From the NCBI GenBank assembly GCA_951804945.1, contig OX638150.1:63178001-63242000 (forward strand): a stretch of DNA of 64,000 bases, read 5' to 3'. The stretch is from Podarcis cretensis (Eukaryota). Position 1 is the first letter of the stretch; the number at the start of each line of letters is the position of its first letter. The notes beneath the pieces are model-generated. The model saw only the letters and a list, made by a program, of their open reading frames with translations, searched no databases and had not been told where the DNA came from. Below are positions 49,775 to 62,090 of this stretch, piece after piece. The position numbers and the translations under genes are program-made.

Positions 49775-49919
49775 ACACAGGATAGCTCAGTCGGTAGAGC
49801 GTGAGACTCTTAATCTCAGGCTTGTGGGTTCAAGCCCCATGTTGGGCAAAAGATTCCTGCATTGCAGGGGCTTGGACTAGATGGCCTTCCTGGTCACTTC
49901 CAACTCTATGATTTTATGA
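49775..49919 (+). mobile_element. SINE with tRNA-Lys(CTT)-derived head and CR1 tail
   Basis: gatagctcagtcggtagagcgtgagactCTTaatctcagg...gggttcaagcccc...ttgggc, fused directly to ttcctgcattgcagggg...ttccaactctatgatt. Confidence 0.85.
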
Positions 49920-51625
49920 GGAGAGAGGGAGAGGGGAAGAGGGAGAACACACGCTGGGGATTCACTGACTCAACAGCAGTTCTGGCCATGTATTGAGATG
50001 ATGAACTTCCAACCGAAACTCTATCAGGCTTCTGCCTGTTTGCACAGCAGGGTAAAAGTCCATGGAACAACAGGCTGGTCCCTGTGGTTCCCGCCAGGCA
50101 TGTGTGCACAGGGAGCAGGTGATGATGAGAAGCAGTCATAAAAGTGCCCTCTGTCCCCACCCCCGCTCAAACGGCTTGGCCCAGGTTATGAAATGGGCTC
50201 AGGTGCGTTTGCCCAAAGTCATCTCCCCACCTGTGTGCACTTTCAGGAGCTTAGCTGAGAGAGTCCTGTTTGCCTTGAACCAGAAGTGAGTGCAAATGTG
50301 CAATTTGGCTTCATCAGCTATCTACTGATGCTTGTTTCCTGGTTTTTCATGCTTCTACTTAAAGGGGGGGGGGATTTCAAGGTACCCCCAGAAGGTCACA
50401 TCAGGTGCTCTCTTCCGTGGTTCTGCACGAAACCCAAAAGGCAAGAAGAATGATTTAAGTCACTGCTGTTTGTTTTCTGCAATTGTATCTATGTATACTT
50501 TCTACATACATTTGGGGCTCTGTGGCATAATTTTGATCTCTGCTTTTTAGTCCTCAAGGTTGTAGTAACAGATGGCAGATTAATGGTCTAGGTGGTTCTC
50601 TTAGATTTTAGGGAAGAAGATTTCCCCAATGTTGCTTGGACATTTTTTTTTTAAGGAAGAAGACAGCAATTAACAGGGATTTCATCTAGCACATAAAACA
50701 TGTGCTCTACAAATGAGCTATGGCTTTTCTGGAAAAGGCTCCCTTGGTTTTGAAGACTGAGGAGACTAAAGAGTCCGTAAAGTGGGGGGGATCTAAGTAC
50801 TGTGATAATTCCTGCCATCCAGTTACCACCCTTTTCCTTAATTAGTTTGGAATACTTATATACTACTACCTCATTAACCCGTTTCTGTATCTGTCTTGCT
50901 GCATTTCCCCCTAAACGTTCTGGAGTCTGTCAAAATTTGGAATAAAGCATTTCAGGTGAAGCCATTCCATGCAGAATAAGCCAATAAAGTGGCACGTTTG
51001 TCTTTGTTTGCATAATGCATTTTGTGCCTTTTGAACCGTGTGTATGGGTGAAGAGACTCCTCTAGGGAGACCTGCTCTTTCCTATAGAGAAGAAGGAATT
51101 TCAGCAGGAGAAGCTGCAGGAATCAATGTTTGTGCATCAGTGCAGGCCTCCTTCATGCATTTGCCAGTAGAGGGAGCAAGGATATTGGGTGAGGGGAGGG
51201 GGGACTGGCTCAAAACAGGAAGATGTCACAAATGCTCCTGATCCCCGAGCTGCTATGGTTCAGTCCCTAAATCCCTGGGTCACAGTTCAGTGCAAATCCA
51301 TTTAGAAGTGGAAAAGTACTGAGGAGGTAGCTAGTCAAAGGAGGGTCAGGCAGGTTAGAAATGGGCAGGCAGGGAAGATGAAAGTAAAACATGAATTCAG
51401 CTCTCGCTGTGATGAATTTGGAACAAAATAAGGACCTGTCTCATCTTGACTGAAAGCATTTGTATACGTGGCAGCTGCTAGCCTAATCTAGCAGTCACAC
51501 TGTGTTCTGCTGCCTGAGTGTGGGGGTTTTTTCCCCCCAGATGGCACAACACAGACCTAGACCAGATCTGCTACCTTTGTTATGAAGTTGGCAAATCAGA
51601 GCTGATTACTTGCCATTGGATAAAG

Positions 51626-51763
51626 CAGGTGTGGGAAACCTCTGACCCTCTGGAAGTTGGTGAACAACAACGCCCATTATCCTTGGCTGTTGGCCATGTT
51701 TGCTGGGGCTGATGGGAGTTGTAGTTCACCAACCTCTGGAGGGGCAAGAGTTCCCCACACCTG
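51626..51763. mobile_element. Palindromic hAT MITE
   Basis: CAGGTGTGGG...CCCACACCTG with TSD GGATAAAG / GCATAAAG. Relatives at ~6740-6880, ~28705-28825, ~40600-40715, ~60990-61070, ~61320-61440 and ~61540-61780. Confidence 0.75.
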
Positions 51764-53056
51764 GCATAAAGTAAGGCAAGCAGAATGTGGGGTGGCATTT
51801 AGGATTTGTGGGAGCCAGTGTTAGGGACAGTAGTGCTTGCGACAGGGCAACCTGGAAGCGTGAGGCATGGTTCCTTATTGACAGGGAGACAGGCAACTGA
51901 AAATAGAGAAACAGGGCAAAGAACTGCTATGGGGCAGGTCACAGAAGTTGTGTGCCAAGTGGTTGGGGCTGACAGGATCCAACAACCTTCTACTTGCTAA
52001 CAAGAAAGTATTTCTTAGAGCTCAGAAATGATACACTCCATTGCTAGAACCAGTAATAGAATCATAGGTACTTTGTTTGGCTTGGCAGAAATTCAGTTAT
52101 CAAACCAGGCAGTTGCTGTGAATCTAGGTGAATACTAGACAGGCATTCCATTCAGTCTCAAGCCACATAGAAAAGGTTGGTAGCACTTTAGTTTTTGTTA
52201 AAATCAAAGTAAATCCTACATACCAGAAATCTGCTTCCCCCCGGAGTAGATTACCAGTGTCAAACATAGCATGAGAAATGGAAGTGTGTTAAGTACAGCT
52301 TTAGTGTAGGTGTCTTTTAACACTACTGCTGATAGCGTTCACTCCATTCTCTTCTTTCTGATAATGCCTCCGAAACATGTTCAAAGCCCAGCTCATTGAA
52401 AAGCAACAGATCTCTTGAATACCACTCCACTGATGATGAAGTAACAACACAGTCATAGGACATGGGGATCTGCCTTGTATTGAATGAGACCATTGGTCTG
52501 TCAGGTTCAGTGTTTCCTACACTGGTTAGGGTTCCAGCGATTGTTTCCTCCCAGCCTTTTCCAGGAGATGTCAAGGATTGAGCTCTGCCACTGAGCTATG
52601 GTCCAGTGTCATGTTCCCCAAATATACCAAGATGACTCTGGGAAATCGTCAAAGTCAGACATGGAAGCAACAGTCCCAGCATCTTGCTTGATCCCCAGAA
52701 ACAGGTATTGAGAGGCATAATCACTTGCTTCTGTATACAAAAAGACAAAAAGTCCTGTTAGCCGCTGGCAAACCTCCTGCTCCAGGCATTTGTCCCCTCT
52801 TCACTTACTGCTTGACACAGCCTGCAATCTCCATCTGACTCCGAAGCAGAGCTGTGTGCCAAACAGCCAACCTGCTGCTGCTAGCCCTCCCTGGCAGCTC
52901 ACTCTTATTCTGCCTCATTCTCTAGCTAGCTAATGTTAACAACATACTCTGTGCTGGTCCAGAGAGGGACAGAAACATACAGAGAAAGGGAAGGTTTCTC
53001 CTGCTCACTTGCTGATCTATTTATCTGCATGGTTCTTCTGTCTTCCCTATTGTTGC

Positions 53057-53100
53057 AGAGAGAGAGGGCGGGGGGAGGGAGAGGGAGGGAGGGAGGGAGG

Positions 53101-53153
<53 letters not shown>
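53057..53153. repeat. Polypurine (GGGA)n/(GA)n tract upstream of the SLC6A7 ATG
   Basis: Read directly from the sequence. Confidence 0.95.
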
Positions 53154-53158
<5 letters not shown>

Positions 53159-53240
53159 CTCTGGAACAAGTGGAAGAGCCAGAGTGCGAACAAGCGAACT
53201 GCAGGGAGGGAGAAGGAGTGCATAGCAACGCGACTCCACG

Positions 53241-53270
53241 ATGAAGAACCAGGAGCACCATCCTCAGAAG
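53241..53270 (+). CDS. SLC6A7: SLC6A7 coding exon 1 (MKNQEHHPQK)
   Basis: acgATG (A at -3), 10 codons, then strong donor AAG|GTAAGA. Phase 0 joins exon 2 in frame. Resembles the short mammalian first exon (MKKLQGAHLRK, from memory). Confidence 0.8.
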
Positions 53271-56200
53271 GTAAGACGAGGAGGTAGCGAGCAGCTTGTA
53301 CCGGAGGCACATAATTAGATGCCACAAAAGGGGAAAGTGTGTGTGTGCATGTATCAGGGGAAGAGAGCTGTAGCAGGTGCCTTTTTCTGGATGGCAAAAC
53401 AATCCAGGCTCAGGACTGCACATCCCACAGTCCCTTTATCCTTTCCCCAAGGTAAGGTTAGCAGGGGATGCTTCCTCTGGGACCCAGACCCTTCAGAGTA
53501 GCAGGTTGTCTGCTGCTAAAGGTGGAGAGAGACAACACCTTCTGCCCCTGGCAGGACCCCAGGAAGCAACAGGTGGGGCAGGTGGGAGGCCGGGGGTGGC
53601 TGTCTGTCTGTCATTGCACAGCCAGCTCTTCTCACTCTCTTTAATTAGCAAGGGGGGGGGGCTGTGCCTATACCTGAGTGCACCCGCTTTTCACCAGCCA
53701 GCCTCATCACGCAGGTGTTTCTTTTTCCTCTGGAAGGCAGGTGTTTCCACCAGGGGATGATGCATGCTATATGGCTGGGGGTGGGATTTAGGTAAGGAAG
53801 AATTGGGTGGGGAGAGAGAGGATTGCAAGTCCCCTGTAGTGTTTGCATCAGTGCTTGTCCTCCCACTGCATCCTATCTGCAACAGGTGCTAAAAGGGAAA
53901 GAGCGCCCAGGGAGACAGGCTAGAGATGTTCACATCGGACATGCCTGGAGCAGGAAATCGGGTCAGGTCTATCAAGCCCCTCTTTGCTTCTTTCCATATC
54001 CACTCCCTCTCAGCTTGCATCACCTGGCCGGCTCCTCCCTCTTTCCCCCTGGGAAGCCTTCTTCTGGCAGTGATTCTTTTCCCCTTTCCCCTCCCCACTT
54101 TTACACCACCCAGGCAGAATCTCTTACATAAGCATGCCAGTGTGGCATAGTGGTTAGAGTGCCAAGTAGGACATGAAAGAGCAGGGTTCAAATCCTCACT
54201 CAGCCATGAAGGTCACTTGGGGCCAGTCACAACCTAACTTTACCTCATAGGGTTGCTGTGAGAATAAAATGGAGTGGGAGTGGAGGACCATGTGCTGTAT
54301 GCCACCCTGGGACATGAATGTATTAATGTTTATTCATTTATTTATTATCCTTCCCCACATCTCCCACTTCTGACTCCACTGTTGGCTGTTCCAAGACATT
54401 TTGCAGCAAATTAAGGTAGAGCAGTAAATAGCACCCAGTGCCCCCCATCCCAGTTCAAGGCCAGCCAAGTTATTTTGTCCCTTGAGGCAGAAAATCCCAC
54501 ACGACTCCAACCACCATTCAGAGTGTGCTGTCTGAGAAAGTTCACAAGATTTGCAGGGATAAGTAGTCTATAAGCAAAGCCATCCATCCTGTTTCTGACT
54601 GGTGCTAGCAGGGGTGGACTTTGGTAATATTTTGTAATATGACGTCCTGTGTGAGGCCAACATTTGGCGCCCCAAAATGGCTCTTCTAAGTTTTGAGCCC
54701 CCTTGGCTCGGCACCACCCTAAATCTGGTGCTAGTGCTAGTCTTTGAACCAAAAGGCTCTCTCACTGCGGCAGGTAGCAGGCAAAGCAATTTTTTTAAAA
54801 AACAAGTTACAACCTCCAAGAAAACCCCCTAATTAAAATGCGCAATGAAACAATTTAATCAAAACGTTAGAATAAAAATCCACAGTCAAAATGCACAATA
54901 AAGCAATCCCATTAAGGCAGCAGCAGAAGATTCAAGTCGGGAGCTATGGGGAATACTTGCTTAAATGGGGATTTGCTATGATTTTGATGAAGCAGTGAGC
55001 CTTGTTTTGCTCTAGTGACTTTCAAGGTGGCTTCCTACCGTCTCCAGGTCTCCACCTCCCATCCAGGTCTCCACCTCCCATCCCAAATTTTGAGAGAAAT
55101 GAAAAACAATTTGTTTCTGGGCTAGTGGTGCTGGATAAGTAGGTGAAAGTACCACCATTTCACCAAATAATGAGCCTTCACCAGCACAGAGTGGTGGAGA
55201 TGCCATGCAGCCTCAACCAATTGATCTGAACACCTCTGAGAGGCATGAATTTATCTAATCCCCAGGACACTTACTCATGTCTGCTTTCCCCCCAACTTTT
55301 GTGTGTGGCATGCACACTGATGGGGTTCAGACAATAATATCTCAGCAGCTTCAGAACAAGGCAAGGTATTAAACCAGCTTCAAACTGAAGTTTAATATCA
55401 TAAGCAGCTGCTCTACAACAGAGCTAAGCCCTCTCTTTTACGCACATGTGCGCGCGCACACACACCTCACATAAATGTAACTTAATGCTAAGGTCCCTCT
55501 TCTCTCTCCCTGTAATGTGTAGCTGAGGAAATGAAAGATATGGCATCATTACACTGTGCTAAAGTAGAGTAAGGGGAGGCTACTACATATCACATCTGGT
55601 TCCAACCAGATCTGAAGTCAAGGTCTACAAAATGGGACACTCCCCAAAACTGTGGAGAAAAATATTCATTTTGAAGTGTTTCGGGGGAGGGGGTGTCTGT
55701 TGATTTCTCCAGCTGCCAGCTTGTGACTCAGATGTGGCACAGATGCATTTCTTAAAGTGAGGGATTTTCTCTCTCTCCTGTAACTCAGTGTTCTTGAGTG
55801 TGATGTGGAACTAATGACCTAAATCAGTAAAATAAAGGCTTTTGTGGGGCTTACGCACACTCTAAGAAATGTTTTTCGTATTCCAAAAGGCAGTCTATCA
55901 CATTTATCTGGTGTGTATTGGAATAATATTTGTCCTTTTTGCCTTTTTACCACAATAGTCACCATATACTTTCTTTTTATATATATGCAAAGCTAGCTTA
56001 TCCATTGTTCCTTCGTTTATCTAAACTATTCCCCACCCTCCCGCTCTGATTCTGCCCTTGTTTTTTCTACTCTGAACTATTTCTGTTTGAGGATGCCTTC
56101 ATAGAATACCTAGCTGTCCAAAGGACAGGAGAAGGGAATGGCAGAAAGCTGTTAAAAATTTCCTGCTGAGGAACCTGTGCTGGAGTCTCTCAGTCTCCCA

Positions 56201-56689
56201 GCAGAGTTTGGCATTATAGATTAACCACAATGCTTAAACTTTGCAGCCTGGGAAGAAAAGCTTCTTGCCTCAATTTGTTGTTCCAAGCGATGGTGTGTAT
56301 GATTGAATTTTTTTTCTTCAGGAACAGAAGGCTGCCTAAGAAAAATGAAAAGCAAAGATGCTCAGAATGCCACCAGGATTCTAAAGAAAGCACCAGATTG
56401 TAGCATGGAGAGACAAACATGTCACTCCAAAGTATAGCAGTGATCACACTCAGTGGAAACTAGCCTTGGCCAAAAAATGGGGTAGGGTCTTTGTCAGAAT
56501 AAACTTTAGGCTGATTCATATAACTTCAGTTGTGGGATAACCCTTCATTAACCCTTCCCGGTGCTCAATTTGTAGAAAGCCAGGTGCTAGAAACTGCTCT
56601 CAGGTATGAGACATATGTACTCTACATATGCTCAGAGGCATACTCTTTCTTCAGACATCCCATGGCATAGTATATAGGTTCCAGGAATG

Positions 56690-57335
56690 AGCCATAGAGC
56701 TATGGCCTTCCTGGACAGACATAACCTGGCCACTGGTAACTTCCAGGCTGGATTACTGTAATGCACACCATATGTGGCTGCCCTTGGGTCCAACTAGTGC
56801 AGAACATAACAGCCGTACTGTTGATGGGGGCATCTGGCCGAGAACCTGTGACACCATAGTTAAAACAGCTGCACTGGCTGCCCATCTGCTACAGAGCCAG
56901 GGTCAAGATCCTTGTATTAATTTACTAAGCCAGCCTGAACCACTTAGGTCCAGGGTACGTCAGGAATCACCTCAACTGTTATATCCCAGCTCAGTCACTG
57001 AGCTCATTGCAGGGGCATTGTTGGTCGTTCCTCAAATGTATGAGGTCTTCTTGATAACAACAAGAAATAAAGCCTTTCATGTCATTGGTTCAGTCCTGTG
57101 GAACACTCTGCCACTAGAGATTCAGCTGGTGCCTTATGTTCCAACTTTTCAACACCTGCTGAAAACTTTTCTATTTCGCTAGGCTTATGCAGTCAATTAA
57201 GAATACATCTTTCCACAATGGTTAATTGATTTCTGTTTTTAACTTTTTAATATGCTTTTTCTGTATTGTTTTGTGTATTTTTGTTGTAAGCCGCCTTGAT
57301 ATATATATTTTTACAAAATAGCTGCATATAAATAA
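56690..57335 (+). mobile_element. Degenerate L2 LINE 3-prime region
   Basis: ctggattactgtaatgca (LDYCNA), ctgcactggctgccc (LHWLP), and LWNTLP...FQHLLKTFLF. Confidence 0.75.
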
Positions 57336-58025
57336 ACAAATAGAGGGATCTCTGGCTAAAATTCAAGTTCTGTGGGCACCCTTCCCCTCTCCCATTTTAA
57401 TTAAGTATATATTTGGCAAGCAAGCTCCCATGAGTCCAAAAGTGTGTGCAAGTGACTATAAGCTGTGATGTGGACATTTTCATACAGTAATTTATGTATG
57501 TGGCTGGATATCACAATGAACACTAGTTCGTTAACTGCCTTCCTCATACTATGCCTCTGCTTTGCTTTGGGGCAGTTAAAAAGAGAGAGAGAGAGCCAAG
57601 TATTGTGTGGGTTGATTCATTGCACCTGAGATACTGACACTGATAAGGAAACAATAACCAAGGACCAAGCTTAGAGTCTTCTTACTCATAGTGGTCTCAT
57701 AGATGATGAAGGGCATTTAGACAAAAGAGAGTATGGCAGGATGGGGACAGAAGGGAGAGATTAAGCAATCAAAGGTAAGTAGTATAGACCATAATGTGGG
57801 CTGAAAATGGGGTTCAAGATAATCTATTAGAACTACCATTCTAAAGATTACTAGTTAACATTGATTTCATGCCAAGCAGGTGCTAGAAAAAAAATCCTAA
57901 AGGATTTTGACTTATTTAGTGAACATGTTTCCTAAAACAAAGGCATTTATTTTTATTTTTATTTTCAAAAAACCCTCCCAAAAAGAAGTGTTCTGGAAAG
58001 TTCTGGAAAGTGTAAGCACAGAATG

Positions 58026-58027
<2 letters not shown>

Positions 58028-58071
<44 letters not shown>
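58028..58071. repeat. (AT)n microsatellite
   Basis: Read directly from the sequence. Confidence 0.95.
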
Positions 58072-58074
<3 letters not shown>

Positions 58075-58823
58075 TTACAATGCCTGCTGAAATGATTTCT
58101 TTATTTCAACTATTTATATACTGCTTAATCACTGAAGTGTATAAGTGCTGTACATAAAGATTACAAAAGTAATACCATGGATAAAATCAGTTAAAATTGT
58201 TCGTAAAACAGAAAACTTCCTTAAAATTTACTGCTTTCTTAAGTGCGTACACACACATATGCACACACAGTCACTATTATTATATCAATAGAAAAAAGTC
58301 ATCATAGTTTCCTTGTATACCTTACTCAGCTAAGCATTTTTAAAATACATTTGCCGCTTATTTTAAAGGCACTTTCCCACCCTAACTTGCTTTAGAACAC
58401 AGATTCCATTGCACCTAGCTAGTTTGTCCTACTTTCTCTGTGTGCTGCCCCACTCCTTTTTCTTACAAGGGAATGATTGCAAGATCTCATTGCTTCAGCA
58501 AAAACCCTGGAAAAATATAAACCGTTACTGCAAGAGGTTTAGAAACTGGAGGTTCACATGGCGTAATGGTGAGACTTAGGCTGTGTACACATGGATACCA
58601 TTTACTCCAGCTTCAGTGCACTCCCACTACTGGAACAGTGAAACTGAGTACACATGATATTGGCTAAAACCCATCTGTATCCTGCAGTTTCTTGAGAAAT
58701 TCTCTTGTTCAATGCATTTCTCCTTAAACCACCTTCCACCTGATTTGAAAACATAATCTGAGACAGCCATTGCACATGCATTGATGGTAGCCCATTTGAA
58801 GATGACCTCTTCATCAAATAGGA

Positions 58824-58959
58824 CAGGCATAGACAAACTCAGCCCTCCAAATGTTTTGGGACTACAACTCCCATCATCCCTAGCTAACAGGACCAGTGGT
58901 CTGGGATGATGGGAGTTGTAGTCCCAAAGGATCTGGCAGGCCGAGTTTGCCTATGCCTG
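58824..58959. mobile_element. Young palindromic hAT MITE, 136 bp
   Basis: CAGGCATAG...CTATGCCTG with perfect 8-bp TSD AAATAGGA (58816-58823, 58960-58967). Confidence 0.9.
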
Positions 58960-58989
58960 AAATAGGAGTTTGGTGCAGAGAAACTAAAT

Positions 58990-59800
58990 CAGGTAATGGG
59001 CATGGGGTAAAGACATGGTTTGAAGCTCTATTGAACCCAAATTAGGTGATCATTCTGATCTGGTTGGGGCTGCAATCTCCTGAATGATCGCGTAGACACT
59101 TTTTGAAGTTTCCTGGATCCTGCTCTGCTCTTGGGTGCCCTCAGTGACCATAAGCACTTTTCAGCATAATTGGCTGATGCACCAGTTGTGTTCCTAGCTG
59201 GAGAAGACCTGGCCAGTTCTTCATGCCCCTATTATGCCCAGTTTAGATCATTGTAACCTATTCTATACATGGCTGGCTGCCTTTCCAAAGCACTTGAAAG
59301 CTTCAGTCGCTTCAAAATGTAGCTGCCTTGGTACAGTATGATGCTTTCTGATCTTGTCATCCCAGTGATGCTCCCGTTGTACCAACATGAATTTTGGTTC
59401 CAGGCTTAATTTGAAGTCTTAACCTTAAGGCCTTAAATGATCTGGGGCCAGCTTGATTTAAGGACTGCCTTTTTCCTTTTGCTCATGCTCAAGCACTCTG
59501 TTCAACTGCCACTCTGTTGGTAGTCCTGCTGCCTGAAATTTGGCAGGTGGTGACACAAGATGGCTTTTCCGATGGCGGAGCCTAGACTGTGGAATGACCT
59601 CCGCAGAAAGGGCCATATGGCTACCTCACTTGCTCACTTTTCAGTGAGAAGCTAAAATGTGGCTTTTTAAAGGAAGCTTTCGGTCTGTATTAATTTTATC
59701 TTGTAGCTGCTTAGCGTTGCTAATATATTTTAGATTTTAAAATGCTGTGTTGTAAATCACTTTGACAGCCTTTGGGAGGATTAATGGCATATAAATGTGT
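58990..59800 (+). mobile_element. Degenerate L2 LINE 3-prime region
   Basis: Remnants of LQNxAA, KALNDLGP and APRLWNDL, plus an L2 tail. Confidence 0.6.
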
Positions 59801-61906
59801 TCAGTGAACAGATGAATGGCTATTATGGTGCCTGGAAAAATATATAGTACCATGAAGGGCATTTTTAGTAGATTTTCCCTGGTTATATTCATTTCTACAG
59901 ATGTTGGCACTGTCCTGTCCATATAGTTACTTTCTGCTTTGATGTGTTAGGTCTAGATTATTACAAATGTAAGTGTGTATGTGAGAAAGCAAGTGAGTGT
60001 ACATGATAATGAACCTATCCACATGAGTTACAGAAATGTCATAGGCATCTTTTGCACTAAGATGTACAGACGTTTCTCTGGGTATCATGTTCATATATGT
60101 GCCATGAAGCCTTGGGCCAGTCACCATCTCTTGGTCTAACCTAAGCAGAACCATGTGCACCACCTTGAGATCCTTGGAAGATAGAGGTGGTATATAAATG
60201 TAATAAAGAAATAAAAATATATAATTGCATCTATGAGGTCTGAATACGGATACACATGTTATTCACATGTGTGTTGTATTAGCTTGCCCATGTACAGACA
60301 TGTTTGTATGGCTGGGTCTGAGCAGAGATATGTGCGCATGTAAGTGCAAGAGCGTGTAAACATATGGCAGGTAAATCTGTGCTTCATTATTTCCTCAACA
60401 ACTAACACTTTCTTCACTTGTCTCCATGGAAACTGAACAAGAGGAGCATTGCTACAACTGTAGCCTATTGTGGGAGAGGAAAGGGCAGCTACTGGAGAAA
60501 AAAAGGAGAACCAACGTTTAATTTGGGCCAGCGCTCACCAGTGCTCTGGCTGTTTTCAAGGAACATATGAATTAATAATAAAGATCAAAGAGTTCTCCTG
60601 AGTTTCGGCAAGTGAATCTTTCAGCCGCTGCTGAGTAGCCAGAGCCTGTCCCCTCATGTCAAGGATTTTAAGGGAGAGCTTTCAAGTCAGAGTGTGTGGT
60701 TTCCATATAGGGTTGAGCCCCGTCGCCTCTCTTTTTATGAAATTAAGAACCAGATGCAGGCAGCTTCTTGTGTTGGGAAAATATATTTGGAAGCCATATC
60801 AAGTGAGGATCATTTTAAGTCAGGCTAGTTCAGGCAGTGTCTTAGCTAGGCAGGCAGTTCTTAAATGAGGCAATGGAAGCCAGAGAGATGATGGGTTGCT
60901 GTTTTTTAACTTGGCAAACCAAAGAGGGTTTGTTGGGCCAGAGAGAGGTAGCCAATGTACTCATTATATGTTATACACTCCAGGAGTTATGAGACTCCAA
61001 TTCCCATCAGCCTCCGTCAACTAGATCATTGGTCAGGGATGATGGGAGTTGGAGTTCAACAACGTCTGAGGGCACTATGTTAGCTATCGCTGGCCCAGGG
61101 GTGTGATTCAGGTGCAATAGGGGCTAAGTTAATCCCTGACAAACATCATGCAAGCCGGGAGAGCAGGACTGGACATGGAGAAGTGGTGTAGCTCTGCCAG
61201 AGAACAAGCTTTGCATGATGAAGATCTCAGATTCAATTGCTAGCATCTCCAAATATGGCTGGGGAAAACATCTATTGGAACTGAATCCCCGGAGAGCGTA
61301 GTCAGTGTAGAGTAGACCAAGGGTAGTCCATGTGGTGCTCTCCAGATGATGTTGGAGTCTACTTCCATCAACTCTAGCTGGCATGGCCAGGGATTAGGAA
61401 AGATGGGAACTGTAGTCCCAACAATAACTGGAGGTCACAAATGGGCTGGCTCTGTATAAAGCAGACAGGCAACAGCTCCTGCTGTGGACCTCTGAGGCTG
61501 AGAAGATTGACTTCACTCAGCTCATGACAGATGCAAGTCTTTCCTTGCAGCTCCCATTAGCCCCAAGCAGTATGGGCAGTGATGATGAAAGCCACGATCA
61601 CTCAGTGGCAGATCTCCTGGTGTTTCAAATTTCACTGGTGCCCTGCGTGACGCCAAAATTCAGAGCTCCTCCACCTCTTGGGCTCCCCAGAAGGCACCAT
61701 GCCCAGTGCGACCTAACCAGTTGTGCTCCCCTAAGTTTGCTGTAGTCCAATAACATGGAAGCCCAAAGGTTGCCCACCCCTTCTATCAAACCTTTTCTTT
61801 AAAAAAAAAAAATCATTTCCCCTTGCTCTCTGAAGTTTCACTTGCATTTCTTTCTGTCTTCTTCCAACAACCTTGTCTTTAATTCCTCACTTCTGCGTCT
61901 TGTCAG

Positions 61907-62090
61907 CCAGTGATTCCAGACTTGCTAATGACGCCAAGCGATCAAGGAGATGGTGACCTGGAGATTGAGTACCCTGAAGACAGAGGGAATTGGACAGGCA
62001 AGCTGGATTTCCTTTTGTCCTGTATTGGCTACTGTGTTGGACTGGGGAACGTCTGGAGGTTTCCATACCGCGCTTACACAAATGGAGGAG
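61907..62090 (+). CDS. SLC6A7: SLC6A7 coding exon 2 (sodium-dependent proline transporter PROT, TM1); gene continues beyond the window
   Basis: Reads [15 protein letters not shown]...[37 protein letters not shown], with the SLC6 signature and PROT-type N-terminus. Pyrimidine tract plus cAG acceptor; donor G|GTAAGC. Confidence 0.95.

Noticed and set aside
49775-49850. Functional tRNA-Lys gene
   Set aside because: Acceptor stem is mutated, it is fused to a CR1 tail, and there is no T-run terminator directly after it; it is a SINE head.
44600-53000. Remnants of lost ParaHox genes (Pdx/Gsx) downstream of CDX1
   Set aside because: No homeobox-like translation is visible in the ORF track or by eye; the interval is repeats and unassigned DNA. 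A tBLASTn search would be needed to exclude very decayed traces.
52926-53423. ORFs with ER/SL dipeptide runs
   Set aside because: Translations of the (GA)n microsatellite.
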